From Squalus acanthias (lineage: Eukaryota): DNA of 60,000 bases. The stretch covers positions 11,782,001 through 11,842,000 of the forward strand of contig CM059433.1 of NCBI GenBank assembly GCA_030390025.1, read 5' to 3'. Position 1 is the first letter of the stretch, and each line of letters begins with the position of its first letter. The notes beneath the pieces were generated by a model. It saw nothing but the letters and a program-made list of their open reading frames with translations. It was not told where the DNA came from and did no database searches. A program made the position numbers and the translations under genes. This document shows positions 23,865 through 37,096 of this stretch, piece after piece.

Positions 23865-23990
23865 GAGGGAGGGACTGACCTGAAACATTGACCCGTCTCT
23901 TCTCTCCACATTTGCCGACTGACCCCGCGGTGTTTTCTGCATTTTTCTGTTTTCGTTTCAGTTTGCCAGCATTTGCAGAATTTTTTTCTT
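23865..23990 (+). mobile_element. Degenerate Penelope pLTR end
   Basis: Resembles 14570-14700 (CTGA..GA...CCTGAAAC.TTGAC...TCTCTCCACA). Confidence 0.5.
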
Positions 23991-24516
23991 TTTTCTTTGA
24001 AAACTAGTCGATCTCCCATGGCGTTGCACGCAAAGAGTCAAGAGCAAGTGTAGTCTTCAGACAAAGTAGGGTTAAGAGGGTGGCGCATGATTGCACCACG
24101 GCCTGCAAACATAGCTCAGAGCTAACAGTAACCCTTCGTTTATCCAGCCTACCCAGCGCAACTCCATAATCCAGGCATGACTCCAGTTGACAAATAGGCC
24201 AAGAAAAACAGGACCAAAGTAAGAAAAATGCTCCTTTGCAATAAGTTTGTGTCGACAAAGAACCATTTAAAAACATAGTTACATTTCTACAGATAGCCAC
24301 AGGAAAGAAGATAATCAAAAACCTTTTACAAAAGTATTGAAACCACACAAATTGAAAGGATTCAATGTGTTCCTTATTCAGTGCAACGCTTCAAATGGGG
24401 AAGGGGAGCATGGAAGCAGCAGCAAGGAAACAGCATGGTGCCAAAAACACAATGGAACCTGCCCAGCAACTGCAAACATTTCATTTTCTTTGAACACTTT
24501 CATTTATTCCTGATAC

Positions 24517-25008
24517 AACAACAACTTACATTTTTATAGCACATTTAATGTAGTAAAATGTCCCAAGGTGCTTCACAAAAGTGGTATCAATAAAAAAAAA
24601 CATTTTTGACACCAATCCACAGAAGGAGATATCAGGACAGATGACCAACAGCTTGATCAAAGAGACAGGCTTTAAGGAGCACCTTAAAAGAGGAGAGAGT
24701 GTTGGAGAGGTTTATGGAGGGAATTCCAGAGCTTAGGGCCACGGCAGCTGAAAGCACGGCCGCCAATGGTGGAGCGATTAAAATCAGGGATGCGCAAGAG
24801 GCCAGAATTCGAAGAGTGCAGAAATCACGGAGGCTTGCAGGGCTGGAGGAGGCTACAGAGATGAGGGGTGAGGCTATGGAGAGATTTGAAAACAAGGATG
24901 AGGATTTTAAAATAAAGGCATTGTCGGACCGGGAGCCAGTGAAGGTCAGCAAGCACAGGGGTGATGGGTGAACGAGATTTGGAACGAGTTAAGATATGGG
25001 CCGCAGAG
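24517..25008 (-). mobile_element. L2-type LINE 3' fragment
   Basis: PITPVLADLHWLPVRQ...FKILILVFKSLH and (GTT)n tail. Confidence 0.85.
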
Positions 25009-25229
25009 TATATAATATATAATAAATACAAATACTGAAGATGGGACAAAAATGTTTGTATGACTGGGCGGGGCAGTTGGAGGAAAGAGATCATGTGATG
25101 AAAATCCAACCAGAATTGGCAAACCTACATATATATCTTTACAAGTAGCAGCTGCTATGTGGAACATCAGGCTGGACAAATCTGTGACAAGCAAGGTGTG
25201 ACATGCTTTAACATTGAAAATTCCTATCA

Positions 25230-25247
25230 CAGCGCCATCTACTGGCG
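25230..25247 (-). promoter_or_regulatory. CTCF-like motif
   Basis: Minus strand GCCAGTAGATGGCGCTG is close to the vertebrate CTCF consensus and sits in apparently non-repeat sequence. Confidence 0.35.
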
Positions 25248-25519
25248 TAATTAGGACTGCAAGTATTATAATGGGGTTTCCCTATAACAACAAGATTTAC
25301 ACAAAGGTTTTCAATGAAACTCGTAGCCACATACCAAAGTTAACATATAATAGATATTTGAATGCTGGCTCCAAGACGCACCTTTTAACAGAGCTCAAAT
25401 TATGAGATACTATGTATGATGTTTGTGTGATTGTGTGCCTACCTATTTGGGAGGGAGTGAGAAGGGAACAGACATAAGAACTTAGATGGTACTAAAATCA
25501 TTCCCCTACTCCGTCCATG

Positions 25520-25655
25520 GGGGAAAGGAATAGAAGGATATGCTGATAGAGTTAGATGAAGAGGGGTGGGAGGAGGCTCGTGTGGAGCACAAACACCGGC
25601 ACGGACCAGTTGGGACAAATGGCCTGTTTGTGTGCTGTAGATTCTATGTAACTAT
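25520..25655 (+). mobile_element. CR1-type 3' end
   Basis: GGAATAGAAGGATATG...GGCCTGTT..TGTGCTGTAGATTCTATGTAACTATG tail. Confidence 0.6.
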
Positions 25656-25734
25656 GAAATGTATACTAGACATACCAACCTTGAAACTGCACAAGATTAC
25701 CACCAGCCTCCTGCTGCAACTGTGTACATTTGAT

Positions 25735-25838
25735 TAGATAGATAGATAGATAGATAGAGAGATAGAGAGAGATAGATAGCTAGATAGATAGATATAGATA
25801 GATAGATAGAGAGATAAAGTTAAGATAGATAGATAGAT
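25735..25838 (+). repeat. (GATA)n microsatellite
   Basis: Seen directly. Confidence 0.95.
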
Positions 25839-27353
25839 CAGCATGTTCAGTCTAATTTATTTCTAACACAGTATGAGACATCATCTGCTTTTACCTTCAG
25901 CCATCAGAATGAGGCATCCAGACCACAAGCCCGCCATAACTGGCCCTGATGTCACTCCATGATAGACAGGAAATAAAACTGTGATATTGAAAGGAATGGG
26001 TAATATCAGTTTTTCCTTTCCTCGGGGAGAGATTCTAGATTAAGCAAACCCTAGGCTGAGAGATGGAGTCATTTCAAAAGTGGCAGGAGATCAAATAACA
26101 CAAAGCCTATAAAGTTAACAGTAGCATCATCTTGGCAAGGGAGGCGTTTGTGTCTCGTTGAGAAAATAACCTACAAGGGATGGTGCAGTGGCAGTGCGCA
26201 ACCTGCAACTGTTTCTCTCCACGCACCCCGCCCCCGCCACCCCCCCCCCCCACCCCCCCCGCCCTCCCCCAACAACCCCCCACCCGCCCATTCTCTTCTT
26301 CTGGGTACTCAATCCCTCCCATACTGGGAGGAGGTGCTGATGGAAAACCAGAGGGAAAGTCACCCCAGGACTTTTTGTGAGAATGCTTGTCGCTGATTCC
26401 AGAACAGCATTAATGGAGACTTGCACATCAACTTGCTCCCCCATGTCGATATTATAGGAGAAAATTCACCTCAATAATGTAGCCTCACTTGGGGCTGGGG
26501 GCAGCCTTGTTGAAGATGGGGGTCACGCGGCGCAACTATTCACCTACCACTGCTTAAAGCTTATTCAGTCTATTTGTGTATATACGGATATAAATGGCAG
26601 TTCAGGCTTTTTATTCAGCGTAGATACTAGGATGCCAACGACCTTACCTACCTTTGACTTAGGCCCACATGTGGTCTACAGTATGAATGGCCAGCAGTGT
26701 TTGTCGCCAATGCAACAACATTTAAATGCTGACCCACGAGGAACCGATTCCAGTTCAGGAGAATGGAACTGACTGGGACTCAACCAGCATCAAGTTCTCA
26801 ATTGAAGTGCTCAGGCCCACCCAATGCATGTCCATGTCTCTTCTCCTGCTCCCATCTGCAGGTGCCTATTCCGAGACCGAGAGATCCCATCCTACATCTT
26901 CCCTCCATCCCCATTCCCTGCTCCTTCTGCACTCGCCCCGTCACCTGGCCGAAGGAACTAAGGGGGCTGAAATTCTGCTCCTGCTGTACTGGCGGAACCG
27001 CTGCATTGTGCCTGGCAAGTCTTGGACTGCTGCCGTACAGAGGGGGCTCCTGGGTTTTGCACTGCCCCCTCATTTAAACGCAGCAGCTGTGATCCCAGCA
27101 CGATTTAAGTCCGGCGCCGCTGGTGCAGAGGTCAGGATTTCCCGGGATGGGGCAGAAACGTGCTGTTGCAGCTTCTTAAAGTGACACCTGCATTTCCTAT
27201 TGGCGGCAAAAGTTTGAATTTGAACATTTTCTGCCGAGTTTTGTGCTGAGATAAGACAAGAGCCTGTTAACGTCCAGGGGGCCAGCAGGACAATCTACCT
27301 CAGGCAAAGTAAATGCAGCTTGAATCTGCTGTATTTACACTGCAGCGATATGA

Positions 27354-27966
27354 TGGGGGTTGATTTTAACCTTTAGGCGACTGGCCAGCCGGACGCCCGC
27401 ACTCGAAGCGCAGGCGTCCCGACCTCATTGACATGGGCGACCTGTGGGCAACAAATGGGCTTCTCGATGCAGCTCGCCGGATCGAGGCCTACCAATATCA
27501 AACTGCCCCAGCTGCCGTACAAGGTAGGTTCGGAGGGAGGGGAGGGTCGCAATCACAGAGTATGGGGGGGAATGGGGAAAGGAGGGGGGTGGTTTCCAGG
27601 GCAACAGCAGTCCAGATTATTTTTGCGGGGCTCAGAGGAGCATTTCTGCTCTTCCCGGCTCCTAAAACATAAGTTCCAACCTTACCTTTGCTGGGCCTCT
27701 TCGGCTCCATGGATTAGAACCCGCACGGCACAAGTCCCAACCTAAAATGGCATTCCGGGTCCTGATTACATCATGGGATCCCGATTTACATATTAACAGG
27801 CTCTACCGCCTGAAAAAGGCAGGCATTTTGGACGCCTGGCGGTAGACTCCTTTCAAAATGGAGCCGCTCGCATTGTCAGGGTTAACGGGCGGTATGGCTA
27901 CCAGCCCCATTTTGAGGTTGTTAATGCCCCCATTAACACCGGGTGAAGCAAGTGTAAAATAGCCCC
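27354..27966. mobile_element. Probable Harbinger-like non-autonomous element; part of it is repeated at about 27980-28115
   Basis: GGGGGTTGATTTTA and TAAAATAGCCCC ends. The segment 27470-27600 recurs at 27980-28110. Confidence 0.55.
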
Positions 27967-28119
27967 ATAGTGTTAATGGGGCAGCTCACTGGATCGAGTC
28001 CTACCAATATCAAACGGCCCCAGCTGCCATACAAAGTAGGTTTGGAGGGAGGGGAGGGTCGCAATCACAGAGTACGGTGGTGGGTGAAAGGGGGGAGGTG
28101 TTTCCAGGGCTCCATAGTG

Positions 28120-28546
28120 TCAGGCTGGGCCTATACTCATTGGAGTTTAGAAGAATGAGAGAGGATCTTATTGAAACATATAAGATTCTGAAGGGGCTCG
28201 ACAGGGTAGATGCAGCGAGGATGTTTCCCCTCATGGAGGAATCTAGAACTAGGGGGCATAATTTCAGAATAAGGGGGCACCCTTTTAAATCGGAAATGAG
28301 GAGGAATTTCTTCTCTCAGAATCTTTGGAATTCTCTTCCCCAGAGAGTTGTGGAGGCTGGGTCATTGAATATATTTAAGGTGGAGATAGACAAATATTTG
28401 AACTATAAGGGAGTCAAGGGTTATGGGGAGCGGGCAGGGAAGTGGAGTTGAGGCCAAGATCAGATCAGCCATGATCTTATTGAATGGCGGAGCAGGCTCG
28501 AGGGGCCGAATGACCGACTCCTGCTCCTACGTCTTATGTTCTTATG
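28120..28546 (+). mobile_element. CR1 3' fragment
   Basis: RLGLYSLEFRRMREDLIETYKI... and (TTCTTATG)n tail. Confidence 0.9.
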
Positions 28547-28950
28547 TAATGCACCCTATGCACATTATGCAAATCTCACTGTTTTCTTTACGCCAGGGGA
28601 TTACAGTGCAACATTCTGCGGCTACAATGATATCACTATTTTCATCACACTGAGGTTCTGATATATTGCCTGCGGCAAAAAAAAAATGATAAAATATTCT
28701 TTTCGGAGCATGCCCAGCAGTTTCAGTCAACACAGCTTTGATCTTGGAGATCTGGCATTTACTTTAAAAAATATTGAAAAACCAATATCTGACTCCTGAG
28801 GAATCTTAAAGCTCCTTATACCCAACCTATGAGCACATTGCACAATATAATTTATGCATTTAATAACACTCTACTGACATAGCAACATTTTAAACACACA
28901 CTTATACGCTCAGACATCACGGAACTAACGCTGCAATGTTTGGAGCTTAC

Positions 28951-29097
28951 CCTTGAGTCTCTCGAACTGTAATTTTCTTTGACAGGACCTGATAATAGGG
29001 CAGCTTCTTGAATTTCTCTGATCCCACGGCCACGTAATACTGGTTGTTGTCTAATTCAGCTGCACCCAGCAAGGGCCTTCCATCTAGTGTGCAGAGT
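28951..29097 (-). CDS. DCDC2C: Coding exon (147 nt) of the DCDC2-family gene; C-terminal half of the second DCX domain
   Basis: tatttacag|ACTCTGCACACTA...ACTCAAGG|gtaagc translates (R)LCTLDGRPLLGAAELDNNQYYVAVGSEKFKKLPYYQVLSKKITVRETQ(G), with the DCX motifs L.TLDG and YYVAVG.EKFK.LPY. Confidence 0.9.
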
Positions 29098-29421
29098 CTG
29101 TAAATATACAACAAAAAAAATGGAGAGTTTTACTATCTTTATTTCGACCAAATGTTTAAAGTTTCTTTTTGGGTGATTAACATTTTTGTACATCGAAGAA
29201 AGGGATTAAGGTGAGGAGATGGAGAATTAAAACAATACATTTTGGCAGAGAATTTCCCCGATTCTCCCAATCGCCCGCTGTTAGTTCTTTACCTGTTTAT
29301 GCCATTTTTTCAGGGTTCCACCAGAGCACACCTACATAATAAATTCCAGGCATTTATACCTACTGTCAAGATCAAGTACTCTCAAGTCAGACATAACCTA
29401 GAATAGATGCACGTTATCTTG

Positions 29422-30166
29422 TGGCCAATTTTCCTGTTACCCCCTGCGCCTGGGCACCATTCAGGCAGAGCGCATCTGATTTTTCATTCCCCTGTTAGGT
29501 AGGTAACAGGCAGTTAAGAGGCTTTTCCCAATTTTTTGACTGCTGCTGCGGGCTTCCCGACGTCGGGGAACCCCGCCAGGGTAACTGAGGCGTGCTGTGG
29601 GTCTGTTGTTATGTTGGTCTTTGGATTGACAGCTGCAGAAGTGGCGTGAAGGATGCAATGGGACACTGGTGAGTATCAGAGGTGAGGAAATGTTGTGAAA
29701 GTAATTTTTAATGTGGTTAGATGTTGCTGCAGGTGACAAGCTGTGAAGTGTATGTGTAGTCTCATCTCATCGGGAGAAGTGACAGATGGCTTCTGCAATC
29801 TCAGCTGCAGCTGCCATCTGCTTTATCTTAAGGAGAGAGTAATTGGAGAGCCTGGGTGAAAGGGCTCACCTGTGTACAGTGATTGTCAGTGTTTGACAGC
29901 ACCTCAATGCTGTCAAACATTGTCAAATCATCTGTCAAACAAGTGTGGTGCATATGCCTTTAAGAAAACCGGCAGATGAAGCGTCATCAACTGACGTCAT
30001 CTGACACCGGCTTTCCCTGAATTGGCCGGCAAGCCCGCAGGGCGGGCTTAACAAGGCCAATCAGGGCAAAATAGCATCTGTGCGTTGGACGTCACTGGGG
30101 GCAGCAGTAGAACCCGAAAGGAAGCAGTCCCGCCCCCAACTCATCTCGGTGAGTAAAATCCAGCCC
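29422..30166. mobile_element. Probable degenerate Harbinger-like element
   Basis: GGCCAATTTTCC and GTAAAATCCAGCCC ends with GC-rich subterminal arms. Confidence 0.45.
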
Positions 30167-30193
30167 CAAGTTTTTCTTGCAGTAATACACTAT

Positions 30194-30966
30194 GGGGGAA
30201 AAAGTCCCCTCGAGGGCAGTTTGGGGCGCTAAGTGAGAAATGTTTGGAAAGTTGGTGCCAGGCGCTAACTTTTTCAAACATTTGTTAAATTCCCTCTTTT
30301 TGCTCCAAGAGGGGAGTGGAGTGTTAAATCAAGCACTCCACTTGCCTCTTGGAGCGCAAGAGGCAGGGAATGTCCCCGATCCGGGGCGATGTGCTCAGCA
30401 GCGCCACAAGTGGCCACGTGTGGCACTGCCGCATTGCAGGGCCTCTTCCCTGCATTAAAGGGAAGGGCCCCACGCTGCGAGCTCTGCGGGTTTCATTGTA
30501 GATTTCTGGGCCACCAGGGAGCGGGAGTGCTGTGCGATCAAGCAGAGTGCCGGGCTGAGTGATCGCGGCACGGACGCCGCAACCGGTGGCTGAAAATTTA
30601 AAAAAAAATTAAATCGCCATTTTTGTTTTTGGCAGGCCAGCCGCCGCTCCTTTAAGTTGCGCCCCGCAAGCAGCCGGCCTCGCTGTTCGCGACCCCCGCG
30701 GCAGTCGGTAACATCGCCCGGCACTGCTGCGGGGCGCGAGTGCGAATTCTTCTCCCGCGGCGCCACCGAGACGCTGCGCCCAGAGATGACATCACGATCT
30801 CTGGGCGCAGAGGATCGGGGCGATACCCGGTAGCGCCGCCGCTAACCTCCCGCGGAATTTCACGGGAGGCGCGGTTATCGCCTCGGGGGGTGGGGGCGGG
30901 CACAAAGCTAATTGCGCCCCGTTAACGCCCCCAACCAGAGGCACAAACGAAGGGAATTTCGCCCCC
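30194..30966. mobile_element. Harbinger MITE related to family A
   Basis: GGGGGAAAAAGTCCC / GGGAATTTCGCCCCC ends, TSD TAT, TAGCGCC motifs, CpG-rich. Confidence 0.8.
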
Positions 30967-32149
30967 TATCTTTTTAAAATACAACATTAAAAGTAACTCT
31001 TTTTCTGAATCCTTTCAGTAGAAAAATGGCCAAAACATCCTAAAACACGACAGACGCGCTCCCGCTTCAGGTCCCAATAGCGTATCACCTTACTCTAACA
31101 GCACGTGAAGGATCTAAAAATGTTAAAGTAGCTTCACAAAAAAGAAAATTACTGAACTGTGGGAGCTGATGTTAACTCACCAAAATTGGTGTTAATGGGG
31201 CGGTAATACTTTCAAAATGGGATTGGCAGATTTACCGACAATCTGGGCGCCGCCATTTTTATAGGGGCCGTCTCACAGGCGACCAGGTGGTCGGCCTCTT
31301 TATTATGCAAATTGGGGTCCCATGATGTAATTTGGACCCTGATTGCAATTTTAAGAGACACACCTGGACGGAGCGCGCACCGTGCACAGTCCGCCCATGT
31401 GTCCTGGTGCTGGCCACTCCAGAAACGGCCCAATACTTTTCCCAAGTTTTATTTTTTTTTGTGGAGCCAGGATGAGCAGGAATGCTCCTCTTGGTTCCAC
31501 AAAAAAAAAACACTGCAGGTCACTGCTGGATGTGTGTTTCTGGAAATAGAAGGGATTGAGGGGTATGGTGAGAAGGCAGTGATCTATGGTAAAGTATCGG
31601 ACTAATTGAGCTTAATAGCTTTTCTTGTTCCCGCAGATAATTCTTCCATCTTGTTTAATGTCTCATCTTGAAGGCAGCTCTGACAATGTAACTCAGTACT
31701 GCAATGAAGGGATAGCTTAAATTGTTAGTTAAGAGTTCTGTATCCTTGGCCGCCAAAAGTTGTTCTCCCCTTCCCTCTTGTTTTGATCGGTACCTTAAAA
31801 GGGCCCCGTCTTGAAGAATCAGTTCTGATGAAGGGTCCCTCTGAAAATTCAAACCTGTCTTTCTCTTCAGATAATGACGAACGTGCTGTATTGTTCCAAA
31901 ATTGTCTGCTTACATTTTACGTGAGGATATTGCAGATTGCATGCATGTAATTGTTAGGTGATGGGAGTTGAATACACAGAGGACAACGGATGACTGCCCC
32001 TGAATTACAAGGCAGGCGGTCACATGCTAGCAATGCCATAGATCACTAGAGTAAAGCTCCATTCATTTAGAAACACCATCAGAGACTGGAGACTCAATTA
32101 CTCCCATAATTTGACTCATTTGTTCTTTCTTTTTAAAAAAGAAAAAAAT

Positions 32150-32269
32150 TTAAAAGCTACGGGGAAAGGGCAAGGTAATGCGACTGATTGGAGGGCCCTT
32201 TCAGAGAGGTGGCACAGGCATGATGGGCCGAAAGGCCACATACTGTGCTGTAAAGTTCTATGATTCTAT
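32150..32269 (+). mobile_element. CR1 3' end; its tail is interrupted by a MITE
   Basis: GCTACGGGGAAAGGGC...GGGCCGAAAGGCC...TTCTATGATTCTAT tail. Confidence 0.75.
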
Positions 32270-32949
32270 GGGGGGAAAATAAAGTTAGCGCCCCCGCGCC
32301 GTAAATTGAATGGTAGTGTCCCAAGCAGGAGGCGGGACGCTACTGGAAGCGCTCCCCCTCCTTCCTGGGGCACTACCATTGAATATCGCGGCGCTATGTG
32401 CAACAGCGCCACGCGCGTCGGCACGTAGCGCCGCGGTAATACCGGCCTCCCTCCCCTGATTAAAGGGGAGGGGCCTAGTGCAGCGCACACCGGGGCCCTG
32501 CTGGACCACCGGGGAGCGGGGTGCCGGGAAAACAGCCCGGCACTCGAGAGAAGTGCCGGGCTGAGCAACCGCGGCCGGCACCCCGCATGAGGAAGCGAAA
32601 GGGGGCAGGTGCTGGCAGGAGGCCCAAAAAAAATGGCCGCCCAGCACCTGCCCTTTAATTTGCGCCGCCGCGGCCGCAAAAACGCCCCCCTGACCCTGTC
32701 AGACATAGCGGCCGGTGGTAGGTCAGGGGGCGCGAGCGAAGTTTGCGGCCGGGGCGCAAGCGGGGCGCTGCGCACGGCGATGACGACATCGCCGGAGGCG
32801 CAGCGCTGCTGGGCGCTACTGGCTACCGCCGCCACTAACCTCCTGCTGAATTCCACGGGAGGCGTTAGCGGCGCCGCGCCCAGGCGCTCGGGGCTTTGCG
32901 ACCCCCTGGGCCGCTAACGGGAGGCGCAAAGCAACCCAATTTTTCCCCC
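32270..32949. mobile_element. Harbinger MITE related to 30194-30966
   Basis: GGGGGGAAAAT / ATTTTTCCCCC ends, TSD TAT, very CpG-rich. Confidence 0.83.
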
Positions 32950-33689
32950 TATGGCTTTTATATACAGAGAGAAATCAGGATATCAGAGCGGTAAAATTGG
33001 GCATCTGGACTAGAGTGTGAAAATGAGGACAATCCTAAAATAAATACTAGTAGCGGATGAGTAAACGTGTCGTTTGATTTTGTAACAGATTTCAATAGAG
33101 GTCAGTAAACAAGGTCCATTAAAATGAGCATTTTGCCTTCTCAATTTTATAGTCCATCAAAATGATAGTTAATGAGATTGTGTTGGAAGAGAGACACGGG
33201 GATTTTCTCAGCCTCCTAATTGCAGTGTATTTAGCTCAGGAGGAAGAATTTTACTTAATGGGAGCAACGTGATAGAAGAGACAATTTAATTTCCACTATG
33301 GCATTCCAATTAACAACCTTCAATGGTATTCACATTCATAGGTGGAAGACTGACTATATATTAACTGCCTAAAAGGAAATAAAACTGAACGCTAGAAGTA
33401 AAAGCAGCAAGTGCTGGAAAGGCTCAGTGGGTCAATCGGCATCAGAGGTACAGTCCCCACCACTCCTAGCAGAGCATTCACGCCAACACGATCTTTACAC
33501 TTTACGCGATGGCCAGTTTACCGCGGCAACGTTAATTAAAATTAAAAATTAAACCAGGAAGGCCTGCCGATCTCATTGATGACTTGGTGATCCCCAATGG
33601 CAGCTGGAGGAGATAGTGTGTCCGCAACAACGATAAAAGCTTTTTAAAAATGCCTGCGGAGACGATATACAAGAAAACATTGCCCTTTA

Positions 33690-34182
33690 CTTGCATTGGA
33701 GGCAGTTCAGAGAAGGTTCACTTGGTTGATTCCCGGGATGAAGGGGTTGTCATGAGGAAAGGTTGAGCAGGTTGGGCCTATACTCATTGGAGTTTAGAAG
33801 AATGAGAGGTGATCTTATTGAAACATATAAGATTCTGAGGGGGCTTGACAGGGTAGATACAGAGAGGATGTTTCCCCTCGTGGGGGAATCTCGAACTAGG
33901 GGGCATAGTTTCAGAATAAGGGGGCACCCTTTTAAAACAGAGATGAGGAGGAATTTCTTCTCTCAGAGGGTCGTGAATCTTTGGAATTCTGTACCCTAGA
34001 GAGCTGTGGAGGCTGAGTCATTGAATATATTTAAGGTGGAGATAGACAGATTTTTGAACTATAAGGGAGTCAAGGGTTATAGGGAGCGGGCAGGAAAGTG
34101 GAGTTGAGGCCAAGACCAGATCAGCCATGATCTTATCGAATGGCGGAGCAGGCTCAAGGGGCCAAACGGCCTACTCCTGCTC
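33690..34182 (+). mobile_element. CR1 3' fragment
   Basis: SRLGLYSLEFRRMRGDLIETYKILRG... and 3' UTR. Confidence 0.9.
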
Positions 34183-35528
34183 TTTAACACATTCAACTTA
34201 AATGGCAAATTTGCTGAAATATCTGGCTTTATGGATTCCTTTCTAATGATGTTACTTTGACTGCTTCACAGAACTCAGTAACTCCTTGAAGTCAATTCCC
34301 TCAGTTATACTGCAGCCCTTGGCCTCAAATCAGTGGGTGGGGTGCACTATGCCTTGAGCAGACCACCCGTGGACACATGCACAGAACTCTACTGCCTAGG
34401 CGATGCCTTTGCATATTAGGTAAGCACAGACAAACTGTCCGCTTTTTTACAGCACTAAAAATACTCCATGCAAAGTTTTCTAAGTTTCTAGACAATCCAT
34501 TGGTTCTTAAGATGCAGCTTTGGCCTACAGTTTTACTACACCAAATAGACATTAGCTTTAATGTGCTTGGGAGCCATACTGGGATTGGTATACTATATAC
34601 TACTATACTATATACTATATATAGTAAGTTAGTATATACTTTTATTTAATTATATGAACAGCTGTTTCTGCCCGAAATAAACAACGCACTTAAGTCGCTA
34701 TGACGAACAACTTTGAAATTAACATTAATGCAAATGGGGAAATGGTTATCGCATTTTGGCTGATATAAGCAACTGCCCCGTATTAAACGTGGACATTCGA
34801 AGTGGTGGGGACTGTATTCAGGTTTTTGCTTTGTTGTGAGGGTGGTTCTGATAATGGGTAGACTCATGTTAACGACTGCCAGTTCTGTATTGTCCCCTGA
34901 CCAAGCAGGCAAAGTGCACACGTGCAGAGGCCCACAAGATCTTCTCATTTTAGTCTACTGTTATTCTTCCCAAATTTTCATCATTTTAGTTTTCAATCGG
35001 AGAAGAAATTTTTGTCAAAAATTCAGCGTTTGCTTTCTGTATTTTCAATCCAGTCTTTTCATATTTATACCCCCCTGAAATTTATGTTTCAAAAAATATC
35101 ATAACTGTTTCACTTCTCACACAACTCACAAGGCCACAAATAATGTTGAGCAATAATAAACTGGGGCTCAAATGATTTTATTCGCCTGTTCCAATTTCCA
35201 ACATCTGACCTGAAAATTGCAGATCCCCAGTATAATTCCAGTCCGACAAATAATTTTAACTTTAGCTGCAGTCTTGTCTCTTTATCCTATTTGAGACTAT
35301 TTTGGTTTTAGCCTTCATAAGAAATTTAGTCCCATGTTTAGTTTAATTGAAAATACTAAAATCATTTTGGACAACAACTAATCCTTCTGGTTCTAGCCAA
35401 CATAAACAATACTATTTTCCTCGCACTATTTTCGTTACTTTGATGTGAGACCGTATTCCCGAATGACACTGCGTAGCTCGCGAACTGTGTGAAATGACAT
35501 GCCAATTACATCTGTATTTAGAGTCATA

Positions 35529-36419
35529 GGGGGGAAAATTCAGTTGGTTTGCACCTCCCGTTAGCGCCTTAAGAGGGCGCTAATGAGGCACAAAGCAACT
35601 AGCGCCCGTGCGCGGCGATGTTTGCGCCGCTCGCGAAATTAACTAGACATTTTGCGGCGCCGCTAAGCACTACCACCACGATCTCCTGCACCGGCAGATC
35701 GTGACGTCAGTCGAGTGCGCAATGCCCCGGTAGCGCCCCGGACCGGATATTGAGTGGCGCCCCCTGCCTTACCGCCTGCCGCTAGCAACGACAGGTTGAG
35801 GGGAGCGTTTTGCAGTCGGGAAGGGACTGGGGGAGCGCTATTTAAAGGCAACCGCTTCCTGCCTTTTTTGTTGGTGACATTTTTGCACCACGCATTCTGA
35901 GAGAGAGAGAGAGACTTCTGGAGAGATTCAACACTGTGTGAAGGAGTTTTGGGTACTGAGCAGCACTTTGCAGGTTCATTTTGAATTGCCCTTCCTTGTA
36001 TCGATTTAGATGAGATTGTGGGGGCTGCACTCTGAGCTCTTTCCCTGGGTCTCTCCATTGTTCTTTCCAGCAGATTTGATGTACAGGTCTCTCCAGGCCG
36101 AGATTCAAGGCTGCAATGAGCAGGATGTGGATGGAGAGCAAGATCAACCCACCCCTTTAAGAACTGGCCGGCGCCATTGTGTCTGTGTTCCATTGCTGAC
36201 TGACATCACATGAGCTTCGCCAGCGCTCCTCGGTAGCGCCTCGCTCCTCGGCCTTTGCGCCTTAAGACAGTTGTGAAGCGCCTGATTTAGCGCTCCAATC
36301 ACCTCCAGGGGCGATAAAAGCCAAGTTTGCAGTCGGAGGCGATAATTAGCGCCAGGCGCTAATCTTTGCGCCCGGCCGATAATTGCGCCCCAAATGGGGC
36401 GATACTGAATTTCTCCCCC
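35529..36419 (-). mobile_element. Harbinger MITE family A
   Basis: TIRs GGGGGGAAAATTCAGT / ACTGAATTTCTCCCCC and TSD ATA (TAT on the minus strand), inside a CR1 tail. Confidence 0.9.
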
Positions 36420-36980
36420 ATAGAGTCATACAGCACAGAAAGAGGCCCTTCGGCCCATTGTGTCTGCGCCGGCCATCAAGCCCTGTCTATTCTAATCCCA
36501 TTTTCCAGCACTTGGTCCGTAGCCAATGGCGTTTCAAGTGCTCATCTAAATGCTTCTTGAATGTTGTGAGGGTTCCTGCCTCTACCACCCTTTCAGGCAG
36601 TGAGTTCCAGATTCCAACCACCCTCTGGGTGAAAAAGTTTTTCCTCAAATCCCCTCTAAACCTCCTGCCCCTTACCTTGAAACTATGCCCCCTGGTTATT
36701 GACCCCTCTACTAAGGGGAAAAGTTCCTTTCTATCTACCCTATCTATGCCCCTCATAATTTTGTACACCTCAATCAGGTCCCCCCTCAGCCTTCTCTGCT
36801 CTAAGGAAAACAACCCCAGCCTGTCCAGTCTCTCTTCATAGCTGAAACGCTCCAGCCCAGGTAACATCCTGGTGAATCTCCTCTGCACCCTCTCCAATGC
36901 AATCACATCCTTCCTATAGTGTGGCGACCAGAACTGCACACAGTATTCCAGCTGTGGCCTGACCAGCGTTTTGTACAGCT
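36420..36980 (-). mobile_element. CR1 3' fragment; its tail continues at 35519-35528 beyond the MITE
   Basis: ORF 36487-36939: QFWSPHYRKDVIALERVQRRFTRMLPG... Confidence 0.92.
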
Positions 36981-37096
36981 ACCCGTTGATACTTTTTAAG
37001 AAACTCCAACAATGACACAGAACTCCAGCGATATCAGAAACACAGTGGCATGTCACATGGTCATAGCTTGACTGATCAATAAGAGTAAAAGTCTAC

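Noticed and set aside
31820..31860. Additional hammerhead motifs (also at about 14570, 23870 and 37620)
   Set aside because: Core or stem positions are mutated; treated as decayed Penelope ends.
32266..32949. CpG-island promoter or GC-rich ORFs
   Set aside because: CpG richness is confined between the TIRs and TSD of a MITE.
35663..36193. MITE ORF (MEHRH...) as a new protein family
   Set aside because: Its length varies with a (CT)n tract and it is deleted in the 14997 copy. Copy similarity is explained by recent transposition.
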